From positions 288,001 through 352,000 of the forward strand of contig CAVQBK010000013.1 in the NCBI GenBank assembly GCA_963710755.1: 64,000 nt of DNA, written 5' to 3'. The position numbers were made by a program, and so were the translations under genes. Every line of letters begins with the position of its first letter. Within the stretch, counting starts at the first letter, position 1. Below, one piece after another: positions 38,899 through 51,200 of this stretch. The notes beneath the pieces were generated by a model. The model saw nothing but the letters and a program-made list of their open reading frames with translations, made no database searches and was not told the origin of the DNA. The stretch is from an uncultured bacterium (GTDB lineage Bacteria > Oederibacteriota > JAAXVQ01 > JAUVAV01).

Positions 38899-40924
38899 CT
38901 ATGGTTTTAAAAATTCATTACCCCGTTTTCCGCTAAACCCCTTCGACCGGTCTTGGCCATGGTTATGGCCGTAAAGGCTGTTGAAGACCAGTCCGCCCCT
39001 ATAAGGGGCTTTCCGGTCATTAGCAAAGTGAAGCCGAAACACTTTGACCGGTCCGTCGGCAAACACGGCTTGCCCATACTTGGCCAACATCTTTTTCATC
39101 AGGGTTTTTACCGGCGCACTATAATAACTCTCCTGGTACAAGTCCTCCCGGTACAGGACCCAGGTGATGCCCTGCTTTTCCAGTGCTTGAGCCAGGCCCA
39201 TGGGGGACTTCAGCCTTCTATAATCAATGACCTGCTGGAGCATGGGGTCTCCCCACCTATAGGCAGGGGTTAGATAAAATCCGCGGTTTTCCCCAAAGAG
39301 CAGCACCATTTCACCGTGCGTCACGACCCGATTTAGAACCAGGCAGGCACGGTAATGTTTCAAATTGGCGGCACAGTACTGTTGGGGCGGCTCCAGGCCC
39401 AGCAGGACCTTCATTTGCTCCCCCGTATTGTGATGAAAAGGCGGATGGATGGTCACCAGCAGCAGCGCCACGGCCACGGCGGACAACCGGTAATTTTATT
39501 TTTAGTCGCCCAAAGATGTTTTAATCCCAAGGTCATGCCCACAGCCCAGAGTGGCAGCAGCGGAAGTAAAAACCTGAATTGAGGTGACGTAAAATGCCAA
39601 AACACGACATAACCTAAAGCTAACAGAATCATGGCTCCACCCAGTTTGAGATTGCAGGGCGCTGTTCTCCTGTTTTTGTTATCTTGTGGAAAATAAGCAG
39701 GCCCAGCAGCACTACACTGGCTGACAGAGGCCATTTAAATTCTTTGGCCCCCACACTAAAAGCCTCGCCATGAGCCCACATATCATAAGGCAGGCGCCAT
39801 AATCCGCTCCAGCCATGCTTCCAGCCTGCGTAGGTATTGTGCAGGTAGACCAGTTGTTTGGCCAGGCCTGCATCCCAGTTTAAGCCGCCGAACCAATGAT
39901 AAGCCAGAGGCCAGACCGGGTTACCGGCCATGGTCAGATTACGCACCATATAAGGCACAACCGGCAGGAGCCCAACCACACCCATCAGCATGGGCCGCCA
40001 CCAGTCCTGCCGCCATTTAAAAGACGGCCGGTAAAGAACCAGGGTAAACACTATGGCCAGCCAGCCCAGGGCCAGGATAACCGCCCCATGCCATTTAATG
40101 GCTGCCGTGATCCCAAAAAACATTATGGCCAAAAGAGGCCAGAGATTTTCCTGAGGTTGTTGTTTAACCTTCATCAAGGTCAGCATGCCCAAGAGCGCAA
40201 AAAAAGTATATCCCAGCTCGATAAAACTGGTCCCTGATTCCATATGGACAATGTATTGCATGTAAAACAAGAGCATGCCCACCATGGCCCACCGGGCGTG
40301 TGCGGATATTTTTCTTATTAATACAAATACTGCCAAGGCCGAGACTACCCCGAATTCAAAGTGAATTATTTTAGCGGCCTGTCCAAAAGGCGTGAGCAAA
40401 CCAAAGCTATAAAGCATCTCCATGAATTGAGGAAATAAGTTGTGGAAAATATCAGGCCGGAACACAAAACCATGATGTTGCATATAGAGCTTGGGAAGAG
40501 CCAAATGATAAGCCAGACCATCCCAATCCACGGAAGGCATTAAAGCCGGCAATAAATTAAACGCCATCATTATTAGGAACAACCACACGCCCCACCAAAT
40601 CTGTGGCCATAGCAAATCCAAACGGTTCCCCCAGCAGCTCAACTCGCGACGGTGACGCCATAGCAACCAAGCACCCGCCATCAAGGCCAACCCGCCTATC
40701 ACCATCAGGCTCGCCTGCGTAAACTGCCGGGCTGCCATCACCCCAAAGATCAGGTAAGACATCAGGCTTGAGCCAATACCCAACCCCAGCAACCATGTTT
40801 CCAGAGTCAACGGGCAGTCCCGCCGAAAAGCTCTCAGCAGTCTCCACCCGATCAAGCCACAAGCCATCATTATGCTTTCCACGGCTGCAATCGTCACCAT
40901 GGCATGTACTAAATAGTTGAACAA
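38899..40924 (-). pseudogene. GT-C-like polytopic membrane protein split into three ORFs by frameshifts; 3' end uncertain
   Basis: DWDGLAYHLALPKLY, PQFMEML, AAIKW, RNLTMAGNPVWP, SPQFRFLLP; consecutive fragments 39629-40924, 39453-39734, 38899-39486. Confidence 0.72.
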
Positions 40925-41004
40925 GGGTCATTCTCCTATGGCGGTTAAATCCATGGTACTTTTATGGACCGGTAGCAGTAACCCCTCGGGCCGACTACAC
41001 GAAC

Positions 41005-42803
41005 CTAACGCTCATCTGCTTTAAGAGCAGCTAACATGCCTGTCGTGATAACCGTCAACATCGCCAAACTCCAAACCAACTCCCCGCTGGTCATACCGTC
41101 AGCCAAACTCGGAAATACACTGGGACTAAAGCCAAACAGATGATACAGTTTTATTTTGGGTGACAAGTACCGTAGCTCCGGCCAGGCATTGCACAACCAT
41201 ACCTGCATCATGGTCCAGGCCGTCAAGGTCAGCGCCAGAGCTTGTTTCCAGCCCCCTGCCCGCCACCACCCAAACACCCCCACAGCGGCTGGAATAAGCA
41301 GCATCAGCGCAGCCGGTAAAAAATGCCTGGAGCTTACAGCCGCGCTACCGGTGAAATCATCAAAAAGACTGTACAATACAAACTCGATCACCCCCACGGC
41401 CAGGATAATCCAAAAAGCCGATGGTCTGAAAACCTTTAGCCGCTTAAGCCCCACCCCGGCCAGCACCATCATGGGCGCCGAAGAGAACAGGCCAAAATCA
41501 CGATCCACCAGCAGGCCCAGGCATTGCCCAGACCGCGCCAGGAAAACAAGGATGAAAAGAGCCATATGGATTTTGACTCACCGTCAGGCCGTAGAAGTGC
41601 TGGTAAAAAATCAGTGTAGGCCGCGGCCGTAAGCACGGTCGGCGCCATCATGATGACCAATTGCCAAGGGTGCTTTCTCAGGCTCACCACCAGCAAGATC
41701 CCCAGTACCAAAGACAAAGGGATGTACTTGGGATAAAACCACGGCAGCAGACAAGCTGCGGCCAGCAGCAGCCAGGACCACCTCCCCCGGCCTTTATAAA
41801 AAGCCAGCAAGCCGGTTAAAAAAACCGCCATGGCCGGCAGCTCCGTAAAAACCAGGTCAAAATAAATGCCTAGGGGCACGGTCACCAGGGCCAGCAGCCA
41901 GACCCAATCCCCTGCCACTTGGTCTTTGAGCCACATGATGGTCAGGGCACGCAACAGCAGGGCGATCAAGGAAGCGCTGGCCATGATCATCAGCACTGCC
42001 CCAAAACGGCCGAACAGCGCAACTAAGGGTGCTGCCAGAAAGGATAAAAGCGGAAAATGCTTGGAGATTAATTGACCGTTGGGGGTGGGCGTGTGATGAA
42101 AGTCCAGCTGCCGAACCGGATAAAATTGGCGGTAACTGTGCTGGGCCATTTGATTGCGTAAATCGAGATCATGGTCAGACCACAGACTCTGGCTGATCAT
42201 TAAGTAATGCGGCTCATCCCCGGTAGGCGGATAAACCGTGGTGGTCCACAAGCCCATCGCTAAATAAACCAGCAAGCCTGCTGCGAAAAACCATAACGCC
42301 TTGTGGGAACGCGACCGGCTGGTACCGACTAAACGGCTGCTCATGACCAACCCAAACCCAAGCAGTACCAGTCCGATCCAACTGGGACCAATCCAAAGCA
42401 ACGCTGAATAGACGGCCGAAGACAAATGAATCATGGTAAAGGTTAAGGGAATGGAAAGGTAACCCAGCACCTGCAGCGATAAGTTCTGCCCAAAAGTCAG
42501 TATCTTGGGCATGAGCACTATCCCCAAGGCAGGCCACAGCATCAGCCCATAAATCAATCCCAAGAGCGTCTTTTGGACTGTGGAAGATAAGGGCAACCGA
42601 TGCAGGGAATCCCGGACCAAAGCAAGATAGACCGCCATAAGTAGGGCAAGAAAAACCGCCGATACGATGGCCCAAAAGGTGATCAAGCTAAAATTCAGTG
42701 TGCGGTTGGCCTGCATCAGCCATGAGGCGAAAAACCCTGCCCAAACACAGCCTCCCAGGAGAGCAACCCACTGCTGCTTTAAATAGATAATTATTTTCAT
42801 CAT
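41005..42803 (-). pseudogene. GT-C-like membrane glycosyltransferase frameshifted near 41500-41620
   Basis: PPTGDEPHYLMISQSLWSDHDLDL, SKHFP, FTELPA, LPWFYPKY; continues as GLLVDRDFGLF..SRHFLP in ORF 41005-41565. Confidence 0.75.
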
Positions 42804-42836
42804 GGTTGCGAGGCGGAAAAGAACACGGCCATGCGA

Positions 42837-44702
42837 TCAGACATTGACAGCCGGGGTGAGACGCTGCTTGTCCTGCTTGCGCAGTCGTTCCACTGTCAGA
42901 TAAATGCCAAAAATTGCGATCAAGAAAAATATCAAACCCGTCAGCCATTGGATAACGCTCAGGTGACCTCCAAAGTCAGGCAGCAGATTATAGAGAACAT
43001 TAAGATGCCAAACCGCGGCTAATTTGGCGCGTACTGCTTCACGGGCTAAGGGTGGCAAGATGGTGAAGAGTACGGCCACGGCCACACTCCATCCACCCAC
43101 GGCTTTAAGCAGTTTGGCCAGCCATTGATCTTGCTGAACATGAGTGATAATTTCCGCCAAACCAATAGCTGTCAGAGGCAACACTGATCCCAGAAGACGG
43201 TTAAAACTCGATCCCTGCCCCCGCGGATCCGGCATAATCAATCCAAAGATCATCAAAGCACTCACTAAAGCCAGTACCATAACCGCAGGGAGCCGTTTTC
43301 CCCTCTCCGTGGTAAGCACGATGGTACCGGCCAGTCCCAACAGCCATACTGGTCCGTACCACAACACGCCTGCTCCCCTGTCTGCCACCATGGCTATGAG
43401 ATTAGTCCAGAAGCCCGCCATCCAGGGCCAGTTGAAGTGATAGACCGGATGAAAAACAAAAATGCTGTAAACAGAAGTGAAAAATTTAACCGCAAAAAAA
43501 GCCGGGATAAACATGGTCACAGCGGTCACCACCAGTTCCCCCAGCCGTTTGGCGCGCCATAGGTTATAGGCCAACAGACCCAACAGGATCAGCGAAGGCA
43601 CGATAAAGCGCACCCCTCCCAGCCAGATCAACCCGCTGATAAAGCCCAAACCTGCAGCCGCTGCAGTACTTTCCGAGCGGTTGCTGTCCCGTACTTTCAG
43701 GGCCAGCCGCAACCCCCAGGTTAAAAAGAACACCGAGGCCGTGACCTCCATGATTTGATAGCCGTAAAGCAAGAGCGGAGCGGTGATCAAACTAAACAAC
43801 CAGGCCCAGAAAGCAGTTTTGGCCTCATACCCCAGGTCGCGGCACAACCCAAACAATTGCGCCGCCGCACCGGCCGCAAACATCATGACCAGCACAGAGG
43901 TCAACCAGCGGCCGCCAATCAAAAAGAAGGTTATAAAAAGCAACGGCATACCTGGTGCCACCGGCAAAAACAAACGCGACAAACCGTCATTATAACCATT
44001 GAACTCAATATTCTGACTGGGATAAAAACTGTAATAGTCGGCCCTGCCCAAAACACCATCCGTATGGAAAGCCGTATCAAAGGACAAACTCTGCGTCACC
44101 AGCAATTGCTCAATTTCTCCTTGATTGGGCAAGGCGGTGATCGCCGGCCAGGAGAGCAAGCCCACCAGTATTAAGCTGCCCACGACAAATAATTTAGTCG
44201 AGGTCAAAGATTTAACATTATGGTCATAGAGCGCCTTTAAAATCACCGCTGTTTTCAGGATAAAGGTGCTTAAGATCAACAGTCCGCCCAGCATCAGCGC
44301 CGTATACGCCTGAGATCCCAAGAGCCTGCTTTTGGGCCACCACGGCAGCCACAGATAAGAGATCAGTTTCATGGGAAATACTGCTGTCCCATGGGCTACC
44401 CAGGGCGTCAGCAGCGGTAACAAGGCCAGGCCAATCAAAGGCAGGCCGGCCAGAGTATCTTGCTTGGCCAGGGTTTCTGAATCCCATTGGCCGTAGCGTT
44501 TTCCTCCCAGGACCAGGGCATATTGCCAGAGACCCAATAACGCGCCCAGAAAGACCAGCTTAAGGAAAAAGTCCAACCAAGTCCCTTGGTTAAAAACCGT
44601 TCGATCAAACCAGTTCCACCAAAAAGACAGTCCCACAGCTTGTGCCAGCAGCAACACCGGGATATAGCCTTTATGAAAACGCTTCAGCATGCAGTTCACC
44701 AT
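42837..44702 (-). CDS. GT-C-like membrane protein, paralog of the downstream gene
   Basis: PNQGEIEQLLVTQSLSFD, YYSFYP, GGRW, ADRGAGVLWYGP parallel the motifs in 41005-42803; many TM segments. Confidence 0.7.
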   Translation of the reverse strand: MVNCMLKRFHKGYIPVLLLAQAVGLSFWWNWFDRTVFNQGTWLDFFLKLVFLGALLGLWQYALVLGGKRYGQWDSETLAKQDTLAGLPLIGLALLPLLTPWVAHGTAVFPMKLISYLWLPWWPKSRLLGSQAYTALMLGGLLILSTFILKTAVILKALYDHNVKSLTSTKLFVVGSLILVGLLSWPAITALPNQGEIEQLLVTQSLSFDTAFHTDGVLGRADYYSFYPSQNIEFNGYNDGLSRLFLPVAPGMPLLFITFFLIGGRWLTSVLVMMFAAGAAAQLFGLCRDLGYEAKTAFWAWLFSLITAPLLLYGYQIMEVTASVFFLTWGLRLALKVRDSNRSESTAAAAGLGFISGLIWLGGVRFIVPSLILLGLLAYNLWRAKRLGELVVTAVTMFIPAFFAVKFFTSVYSIFVFHPVYHFNWPWMAGFWTNLIAMVADRGAGVLWYGPVWLLGLAGTIVLTTERGKRLPAVMVLALVSALMIFGLIMPDPRGQGSSFNRLLGSVLPLTAIGLAEIITHVQQDQWLAKLLKAVGGWSVAVAVLFTILPPLAREAVRAKLAAVWHLNVLYNLLPDFGGHLSVIQWLTGLIFFLIAIFGIYLTVERLRKQDKQRLTPAVNV

Positions 44703-46840
44703 CCTCGCGGATTTAAATAATTATAGATCACCACTGACTGATTTCTGTAAATTTCCTTTAGCGGTACGCCTGCTGGATCATAGGGCAACGTTTGGTTGGA
44801 ATAAAGAATAACATATTTGATACCCTGCTGCTCAAGAAATTGGCGGGCCTCCACCACGTTGGCTTGAGTGTAAAAATCGCGAACCTGCTTAGCCCTTTCC
44901 ACCACAGGATAGCCCATGATGGCCCCTCGCCTTAAATCCTCCAAATAGGTGTTATGCCCTGTCAAAGCCGCCACGATAGCCGTATCAATCTGATCCAAGG
45001 TGGTGGCGGTTTCCTGCAATAATCCCTGGGCTGTGGCCGTGGTGCCCTGTTGATCAACCACAGCTTGCTGCGCATCCTGGTGAAGAGCCTGCAGCGACGT
45101 AAGCTGCCCTCTTTCCAAGCCATGCAACCACAAGTTAAAGCCTGCTTGGGAACGTATGTTTTCCGGCAGCGGTCTGAGGATCACGGCAGGTTTCTGCTGG
45201 ATTTTTTCCTTAAGCCAATCCATGGCCTGCACCACCTCCGGCGACACGGTGGTTTTCCAAGTGATGGCACGGAAGTCCTGAATGGTCCCGGGCAGACCGA
45301 GGGCAAAGAACAGACCGATGATCCACCAGCGCTGGCGGGGTGATCGTCCTTCCAGCCAGACCGACAATTGGACGGCACTGATGATAGTGAGTAGGACCAT
45401 AGGGTAATAAAAGAACTGGATCGTGTTCCAACGCAAGCCGGTTTGTACAAACCCCACGGCCGCCACCAACCCTCCCAAGCTGATCACCGTGGCCAACAGT
45501 AAAAAGGGGTCACTCTGTTTCAGCCGCACCAAGGTTCTAAACAGGGAGGGCAAGGCGATGACCCTCAAACCCAAGTTGCCCACAACAAACACCAGCAGCA
45601 ACAATATCCTCAGCAAAACCACCACCAGAGGATCGCTGAGGTAAAGGGCTTTAAGGCTTTGCGCACTCATCAGATTAAGCCGGTCAGGAGCCACCAACAT
45701 GGTGCCCAGGTTATAGCCCGGTAAAAAATGAATCAGATGAGCTGAGGACTTCAGCCCGGGCAACAGGATCAACGCTTGCAGCGGCAGCACGGCCAGACCG
45801 GCGTTTAAAAGCAGCATGCGTCGCCGCACCACCAAATCGATGGTGCCTGCGGTTAGAAGTCCGGCGGCAATCAGCAGGCCCGGATAAACTTTAAAGCCCG
45901 GCAGACAGCCCCATAACAAACCCAAGGTCACCAGATAACCAACTTTTTTATTCTCCATCCATTTGAGAAAGCTCCAAAGCCCGGCCAGAAAAAAAAGATA
46001 GGAACTGGAAGTGGCCGGATTGATCAGATGGGTTAAGGGCGGCTGGACCCAAAACAAATTTTCCCACAGGAAGTAATGCTTATCCGGGAACAAGATCGGC
46101 AGGATATAGCCAAAATTGGACAACACCACCATCATGGCCGCCGCCAAATAGGCTGCGGTTTTGTCTTTCTTCCAGGTCAAGGTCACCAAAAAGGTCAGCC
46201 CGGCCAGCAAGACCGAATAAAAGAAGGGGGCAATTCGAAAATAAAGATGCCAGGGATTGAGCGGTCCTAAATGGGCCAGGCCTCCCAGCAGAAGATCGGC
46301 AAAAACGTGGTAATTTTTCAAAGGCAGACGGGCAAACCCCGGCATGTCCAAGCCGTGATTTTTAGCAAATTGAATTATATTATAAATATGCCAGGGTGCG
46401 TCCACCCCATGCCAGGCCAAAAACGACATTCCTTGCTGACTCGGCCAGCCTGATCCATAGATAAACCACCCTTGCAGCGAGGCGGCCGCCAAAGCCACCA
46501 CGCCCAGTAGCCAATAGCGTTGCAATGGTTCCACCGGTTCAGTGGTGGGATCAGGTGCCTGGCAGGCTTTTTTTTGGCAGGCCTTGGCGTGCAACCATAA
46601 TTCCAAGGCCGCCATCGTCAGCAGCAATGGCCAAAGCCACCAGCCATGGGCAGCGCCAAAATACTGGCGATAGATAAGGGTAAACAAGGCCGTGCCCGAT
46701 ACCAAAGCGATCAACAGATGCTCCAGCGGGCTCACTTGGAGTTTGGTTAAGCGAAGCCACAAGCGGCCTGGTAAATACAGCGCCACTGCCCCGATTACCA
46801 CACTCAACAGGACTGTCAGTAAAAAAACTGCCATGGTCAA
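44696..46840 (-). CDS. Large GT-C-like polytopic membrane protein with C-terminal soluble domain
   Basis: VDAPWH, PLKNYHVFADLL, FKVY, WNTIQFFYY; C-terminal FLEQQGIKYVIL...IYRNQSVVIY. Confidence 0.68.
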   Translation of the reverse strand: MTMAVFLLTVLLSVVIGAVALYLPGRLWLRLTKLQVSPLEHLLIALVSGTALFTLIYRQYFGAAHGWWLWPLLLTMAALELWLHAKACQKKACQAPDPTTEPVEPLQRYWLLGVVALAAASLQGWFIYGSGWPSQQGMSFLAWHGVDAPWHIYNIIQFAKNHGLDMPGFARLPLKNYHVFADLLLGGLAHLGPLNPWHLYFRIAPFFYSVLLAGLTFLVTLTWKKDKTAAYLAAAMMVVLSNFGYILPILFPDKHYFLWENLFWVQPPLTHLINPATSSSYLFFLAGLWSFLKWMENKKVGYLVTLGLLWGCLPGFKVYPGLLIAAGLLTAGTIDLVVRRRMLLLNAGLAVLPLQALILLPGLKSSAHLIHFLPGYNLGTMLVAPDRLNLMSAQSLKALYLSDPLVVVLLRILLLLVFVVGNLGLRVIALPSLFRTLVRLKQSDPFLLLATVISLGGLVAAVGFVQTGLRWNTIQFFYYPMVLLTIISAVQLSVWLEGRSPRQRWWIIGLFFALGLPGTIQDFRAITWKTTVSPEVVQAMDWLKEKIQQKPAVILRPLPENIRSQAGFNLWLHGLERGQLTSLQALHQDAQQAVVDQQGTTATAQGLLQETATTLDQIDTAIVAALTGHNTYLEDLRRGAIMGYPVVERAKQVRDFYTQANVVEARQFLEQQGIKYVILYSNQTLPYDPAGVPLKEIYRNQSVVIYNYLNPRGW

Positions 46841-46911
46841 CCGCCACGTCTCCTTTCCAGAAATTGCCCCCTAGTGCTTAGGCACGGTCAGTGGGACCAA
46901 ACTATTGACCC

Positions 46912-47874
46912 TCAGTGCCTGCGTCTTTGCGCCGCTTTTGAAGACTGGGCTGTTTCCCGAAACCAGGCAATGGTTTTAATCAGACCTTGCCGTAAAGGAA
47001 TCTGGGGTGTCCACTTCAGTTTGTTTTTGGCTTTTTGGATATTGGGTTTGCGCCGTTTAGGATCATCAGAGGGAAGCGGTTTAAACACACGGCGCACTTT
47101 CGTGCCCAACACCTCTTCAATCAAATCAGCGGCTTCCAACATGGTAAATTCATGGGGATTGCCCAGGTTAAACACTTCCCCTTTGGTTTTAGGGGTGAAG
47201 GCAGCTTTGATAATGCCTTCCACCAAGTCCTCCACATAACAAAAGCTGCGGGTTTGCCGACCGTCACCAAATATGGTCAAGGGCCGATGGTTCAGTGCCT
47301 GGTTGATGAAATTAGAGATCACGCGGCCATCGTCTTTTTGCAGTCTTGGCCCGTAGGTGTTGAAGATGCGAATAATACGGGCGTTCACCCCGTGTTTGCG
47401 GATGTATTCCATCGTCAGAGCTTCCGAGAACCGCTTGGCTTCGTCGTAGCAGGACCGCAAACCGATGGGGTTGACATTGCCCCAATCGGTCTCCACCTGG
47501 GGATGATGCAGAGGATCACCGTACACCTCGGAGGTGCTGGCCAGCAAATAATGGGCTTTATATTTTTTAGCAGCTTCCAAGAGCAAATGACTGCCGTAAG
47601 CATTGGTCATCAGGGTATCGATAGACCAGGTCTGATAATAGGGTGGCGAAGCGTAGGAGGCCAGGTTAAAGATGTAGTCCACTTTGCGTGACCACGGCTG
47701 CCGGACATCTCCTTTGATAAAGGTAAACCGGTTTGATCGTTTGGCCGCTTTAAGGTTTTTGAGGGAGCCGGTTTTCAAGTTATCCAGCACCATGACGTCA
47801 TGGCCCATGGCCAGCAACCGTTCACTTAAATGAGATCCAATAAACCCGGCACCACCGGCCACTAATATTTTCAT
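46912..47874 (-). CDS. UDP-glucuronate decarboxylase (UDP-xylose synthase)-like extended SDR
   Basis: GGAGFIGSHL, LASYASP, ASTSEVYGDP, RSCYDEAKR, RIFNTYGPR, DDGRVISNF, QTRSFCYV, DDPKRRKP. Confidence 0.93.
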   Translation of the reverse strand: MKILVAGGAGFIGSHLSERLLAMGHDVMVLDNLKTGSLKNLKAAKRSNRFTFIKGDVRQPWSRKVDYIFNLASYASPPYYQTWSIDTLMTNAYGSHLLLEAAKKYKAHYLLASTSEVYGDPLHHPQVETDWGNVNPIGLRSCYDEAKRFSEALTMEYIRKHGVNARIIRIFNTYGPRLQKDDGRVISNFINQALNHRPLTIFGDGRQTRSFCYVEDLVEGIIKAAFTPKTKGEVFNLGNPHEFTMLEAADLIEEVLGTKVRRVFKPLPSDDPKRRKPNIQKAKNKLKWTPQIPLRQGLIKTIAWFRETAQSSKAAQRRRH

Positions 47875-48208
47875 ACCTGCTGTCTCCTCATTAAAAATAT
47901 ATTTTCAAAAAAGCAACCCGGTTAAGCCGGAAATCAAACATCGCCATGATATCAGCGGCTTGAAATCGATGGCTGGCGCCGTTATTCTCAAAATTGGTTA
48001 CATTTTTCTTTACGGTTTTACCTAGCCGGCTTATGGATGTTTATTAAATCCATTGGTCACGCGAAGGACGCTGGCCGCCAAACCTCTTGCCTGGAACAAG
48101 CGACCAAGTCAATTAAACGGTGCCATTGTACATCAGTTGCGATGATTCACAAATTATTTTCCTGATTTTGCTTTCAGGGCCGATTCAGTTTAACACCCGG
48201 TTTTTTTT

Positions 48209-51200
48209 TTAACGCTTGGCTCCCATGGAAAGCCTTTCCAGCCCATCCCTGGCCATGCTGTTTTGTGGCTCCAAGACCAATGCTGCTTGGTATTCTTTCT
48301 TGGCCTCCTGGAAACGTCCCTGGCGTTCCAACAAGGCGGCCAGATTGTAATACACCACAGCCCAGTCCATGGAAAAAAATTCCAATGCCAGCTTACCTTG
48401 CAGCTTGTCCCTATACCGCAGGGCCCCCAATGCTTGCCGGTAGGCCTGCTCGGCCTGCTGGTCTTGGTGGAGCAGTTCGCAGGCTACACCCAGATTGCTG
48501 GCCGCTGCGGCGTAATAGGGCTGAAGGGCCAGGGCCTTTAGCCAAGCGGCTTTAGCTTGCTGCAGGTGCCCGGCATCGCGCCATAAATTACCCCATTCAA
48601 AAAAGAGGACCGCATTATGCGGATCAAGCCCAGCCGCCCGGCTATAGGCAGCCAGGCCGGCCTCGAACCATTGCTCCTCCCCATCCTGCCCGCCGCGCTG
48701 CCAATAAAGCCGCCCCAGGTGCCGGTAAGTGGCCGCCCGGCCGGGATTAAAAGCCAGAGCTTTGGAAAAAGCCCATTGGGCGGGATAAAATAGTTTTTCA
48801 TCCCGCCTAATGGCATAAAGATCATGACGCACCAAGCCCAACTTATCATAAGCCAGGGCAGACAGTGGGGTAAGACTGAGGGCTTGTTCCAGATAAAACC
48901 CGGCGGTCTTCAAATGTTTTTTATAATAATGAGCGTCCCCCAAGTGGGTGAAATAAGCCCCCAAGGCCGGACGTACGGCCGCCCCAATAGTCATAGCCAG
49001 TATCAGCACCCCCAGCAATCCTGCGGCTGAAGGTTTTATAGCCACGGCCGGAAAAACAGTCTCTTCCCTTTGGGTCCACACCATACCAGCCAGCATCATA
49101 TAAATAAAGAATAATAAGGGCAGATGCCAGTTGAAATCCATTTGTGCCTGAATCAGCGCGCCGCCCAACACCGCCCAGACCAGCATCAGCTGCAACTGTT
49201 CGCCATCACTTTTGTCTTGCTGCCATTGATTAAAAAAACGCCGGACAAACATGACTAAAAGAAACATAATAATAATCAACCCCGGCAGACCCAACACCGC
49301 TGCAACTTGCAGCAGCTCTTGATGGCTGAAATTAGCCTGCCGGCCGTATCGGACCTGTCCCTGCGGATTAGGAAAACTATAGCGGTCAAAGGTCTGGTTG
49401 AACTGGGCCGGACCGATCCCCAGCCAGGGATGGGCTTTAATCATCTTCCCTGTCGCCTGCATGAGACCCAACCGTTCTTGCAGTTGTACTCGGTAATGAG
49501 GCAGGCCCAGTATTCTTTTGCCTGTCCCCAAAGGGATCACCAACATTAAGGCCATGGCCACCAGCAGCGCGGCTACGATCGTCTTGTTATGGATCACCTT
49601 TTGTTTGGCCGCCCATGCTCCGATCACGATCATGCCCGTTAAAAAATTGAGCCAGCCGGCCATGGAACCCGTTGCGATTAGGCCGCTAAAAAGTATTAGG
49701 GTAGAGAGCCAGCTTTTTGCAAAGCGCCAGGTCTTCTTGGAGGCCGTTAAGGCCAGAGACAGATTAATGATCAAGCCGGCAGCCAGGAATGCCGCCGTCA
49801 AATTGGGATTGGGCCATCCCCCGTCAGCCCGCAATAGGGGATGGATCAAGAGCTGAATTATACAGAAGGCTGCCAGGACTACCGGCGCCAAGGTTAAAAA
49901 ACGCATCACCAGGACGCCCAACACCTTGAACTGGATGGTCAATCCCATGGTCAGCAGCCCGCCCAGCACTACCCACAAGGTTGTGGCCGCCTGCCACTTA
50001 TCCTGGGCATGAGCAACGGAAAATAAGGTCCACAGCAGCAGCAGGCCCCAGCCTGTTTTGAGAGGCATCTTGTGCCATAGCTGAAGCGCGACTTCCCGAT
50101 GCTGCCGGTAAAGGCCTAACAACAGGGCCGCTAGCCCAAGACTGAGCATGATGACCCCTGCTTCCACCCACAGGCTTTTACCGCCTTTCCAAAGCAATAA
50201 GCTCAGCATGGTCATCATCATCACGCCTATCAGTAACCGCGGAGGTAAGGTGAATTTTAAACCTGCTTCAAATCCATCCGGCTGTCTGGCCAGTTGTTCT
50301 GCTTGACTTAGAAGGACACCTCCAAAAAACCATAGCATCAAACTAGTTTTTAAATAGTCCGCATCCAGATCAATGCTGGCATGCACCAATCCGGCCGCCA
50401 GACCGGCGCCCACAGCAGCCACCACGATAGCAGCCGGTCCTTCACTCAATTTTAATCTTAGGTTTACCAAATAAGTGCCTGCAGCCCCCAAAATCCAGAG
50501 GATGGCCCCCAAGCCCAGCACGCCTTTTTCCGCCAACTGTTGCAGAAGAAATTGATGGGCAAACCTCAGTGGTTGCACCTTATCACCGGCTGCTTGGGCA
50601 AAGGCTTGGCTAAAATTGCCCGGCCCCACGCCGAGCAGCCAATGACCCTTAACCATGGCCAAGGTCATGCGCCAGTATGCCACTCTGCCCTGCCAGGAAG
50701 TGATAAGATCATGGAAAGGCCGCTGCCCTAGCAGCCAAATCAGTCCTGCTAAACCCACCGCCGTCATCAGCAGCGCCAAGAAGAACTTTAACCGCCGCTT
50801 GAGTGGCAGCCAAACCAACAACAACCCCACCCCCAGAAATGCCGCCGCCCAGGCGCCAAAAGAACCACTGGCCAGCAGCCCCAGCACTATGAAGACCAAG
50901 GTCAACATCCAGGGCCATTTTTTATTAACCAGGCCGGGATAAAACAAGGCCAGGTTGAGCGGCAGCAGCACTGCCAGAAATCCGCCGAATAAATTGGGGT
51001 AGGCAAACAACGAAAAAGCCCGGCGCGTCAACGCCAGGCTTTTTATCATCTCCGTCATGGGCTGCTGGTTAAAAGGCGGATGGTTTAAATCCTGGGCTGT
51101 CCACGGCAAGCCCACCAGACTCTGGAAAAGACCATAAGCCGCCAAAAGTCCTGCTGCAATGATTAATAGTTTTAGACCGGTTAGCACAATCCGCGAATCG

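Noticed and set aside
36430-41620. Programmed frameshifting or stop-codon recoding as the cause of split ORFs
   Set aside because: The breaks are numerous frame changes at ordinary short homopolymers, not in-frame stops, and standard code 11 fits the rest of the window.
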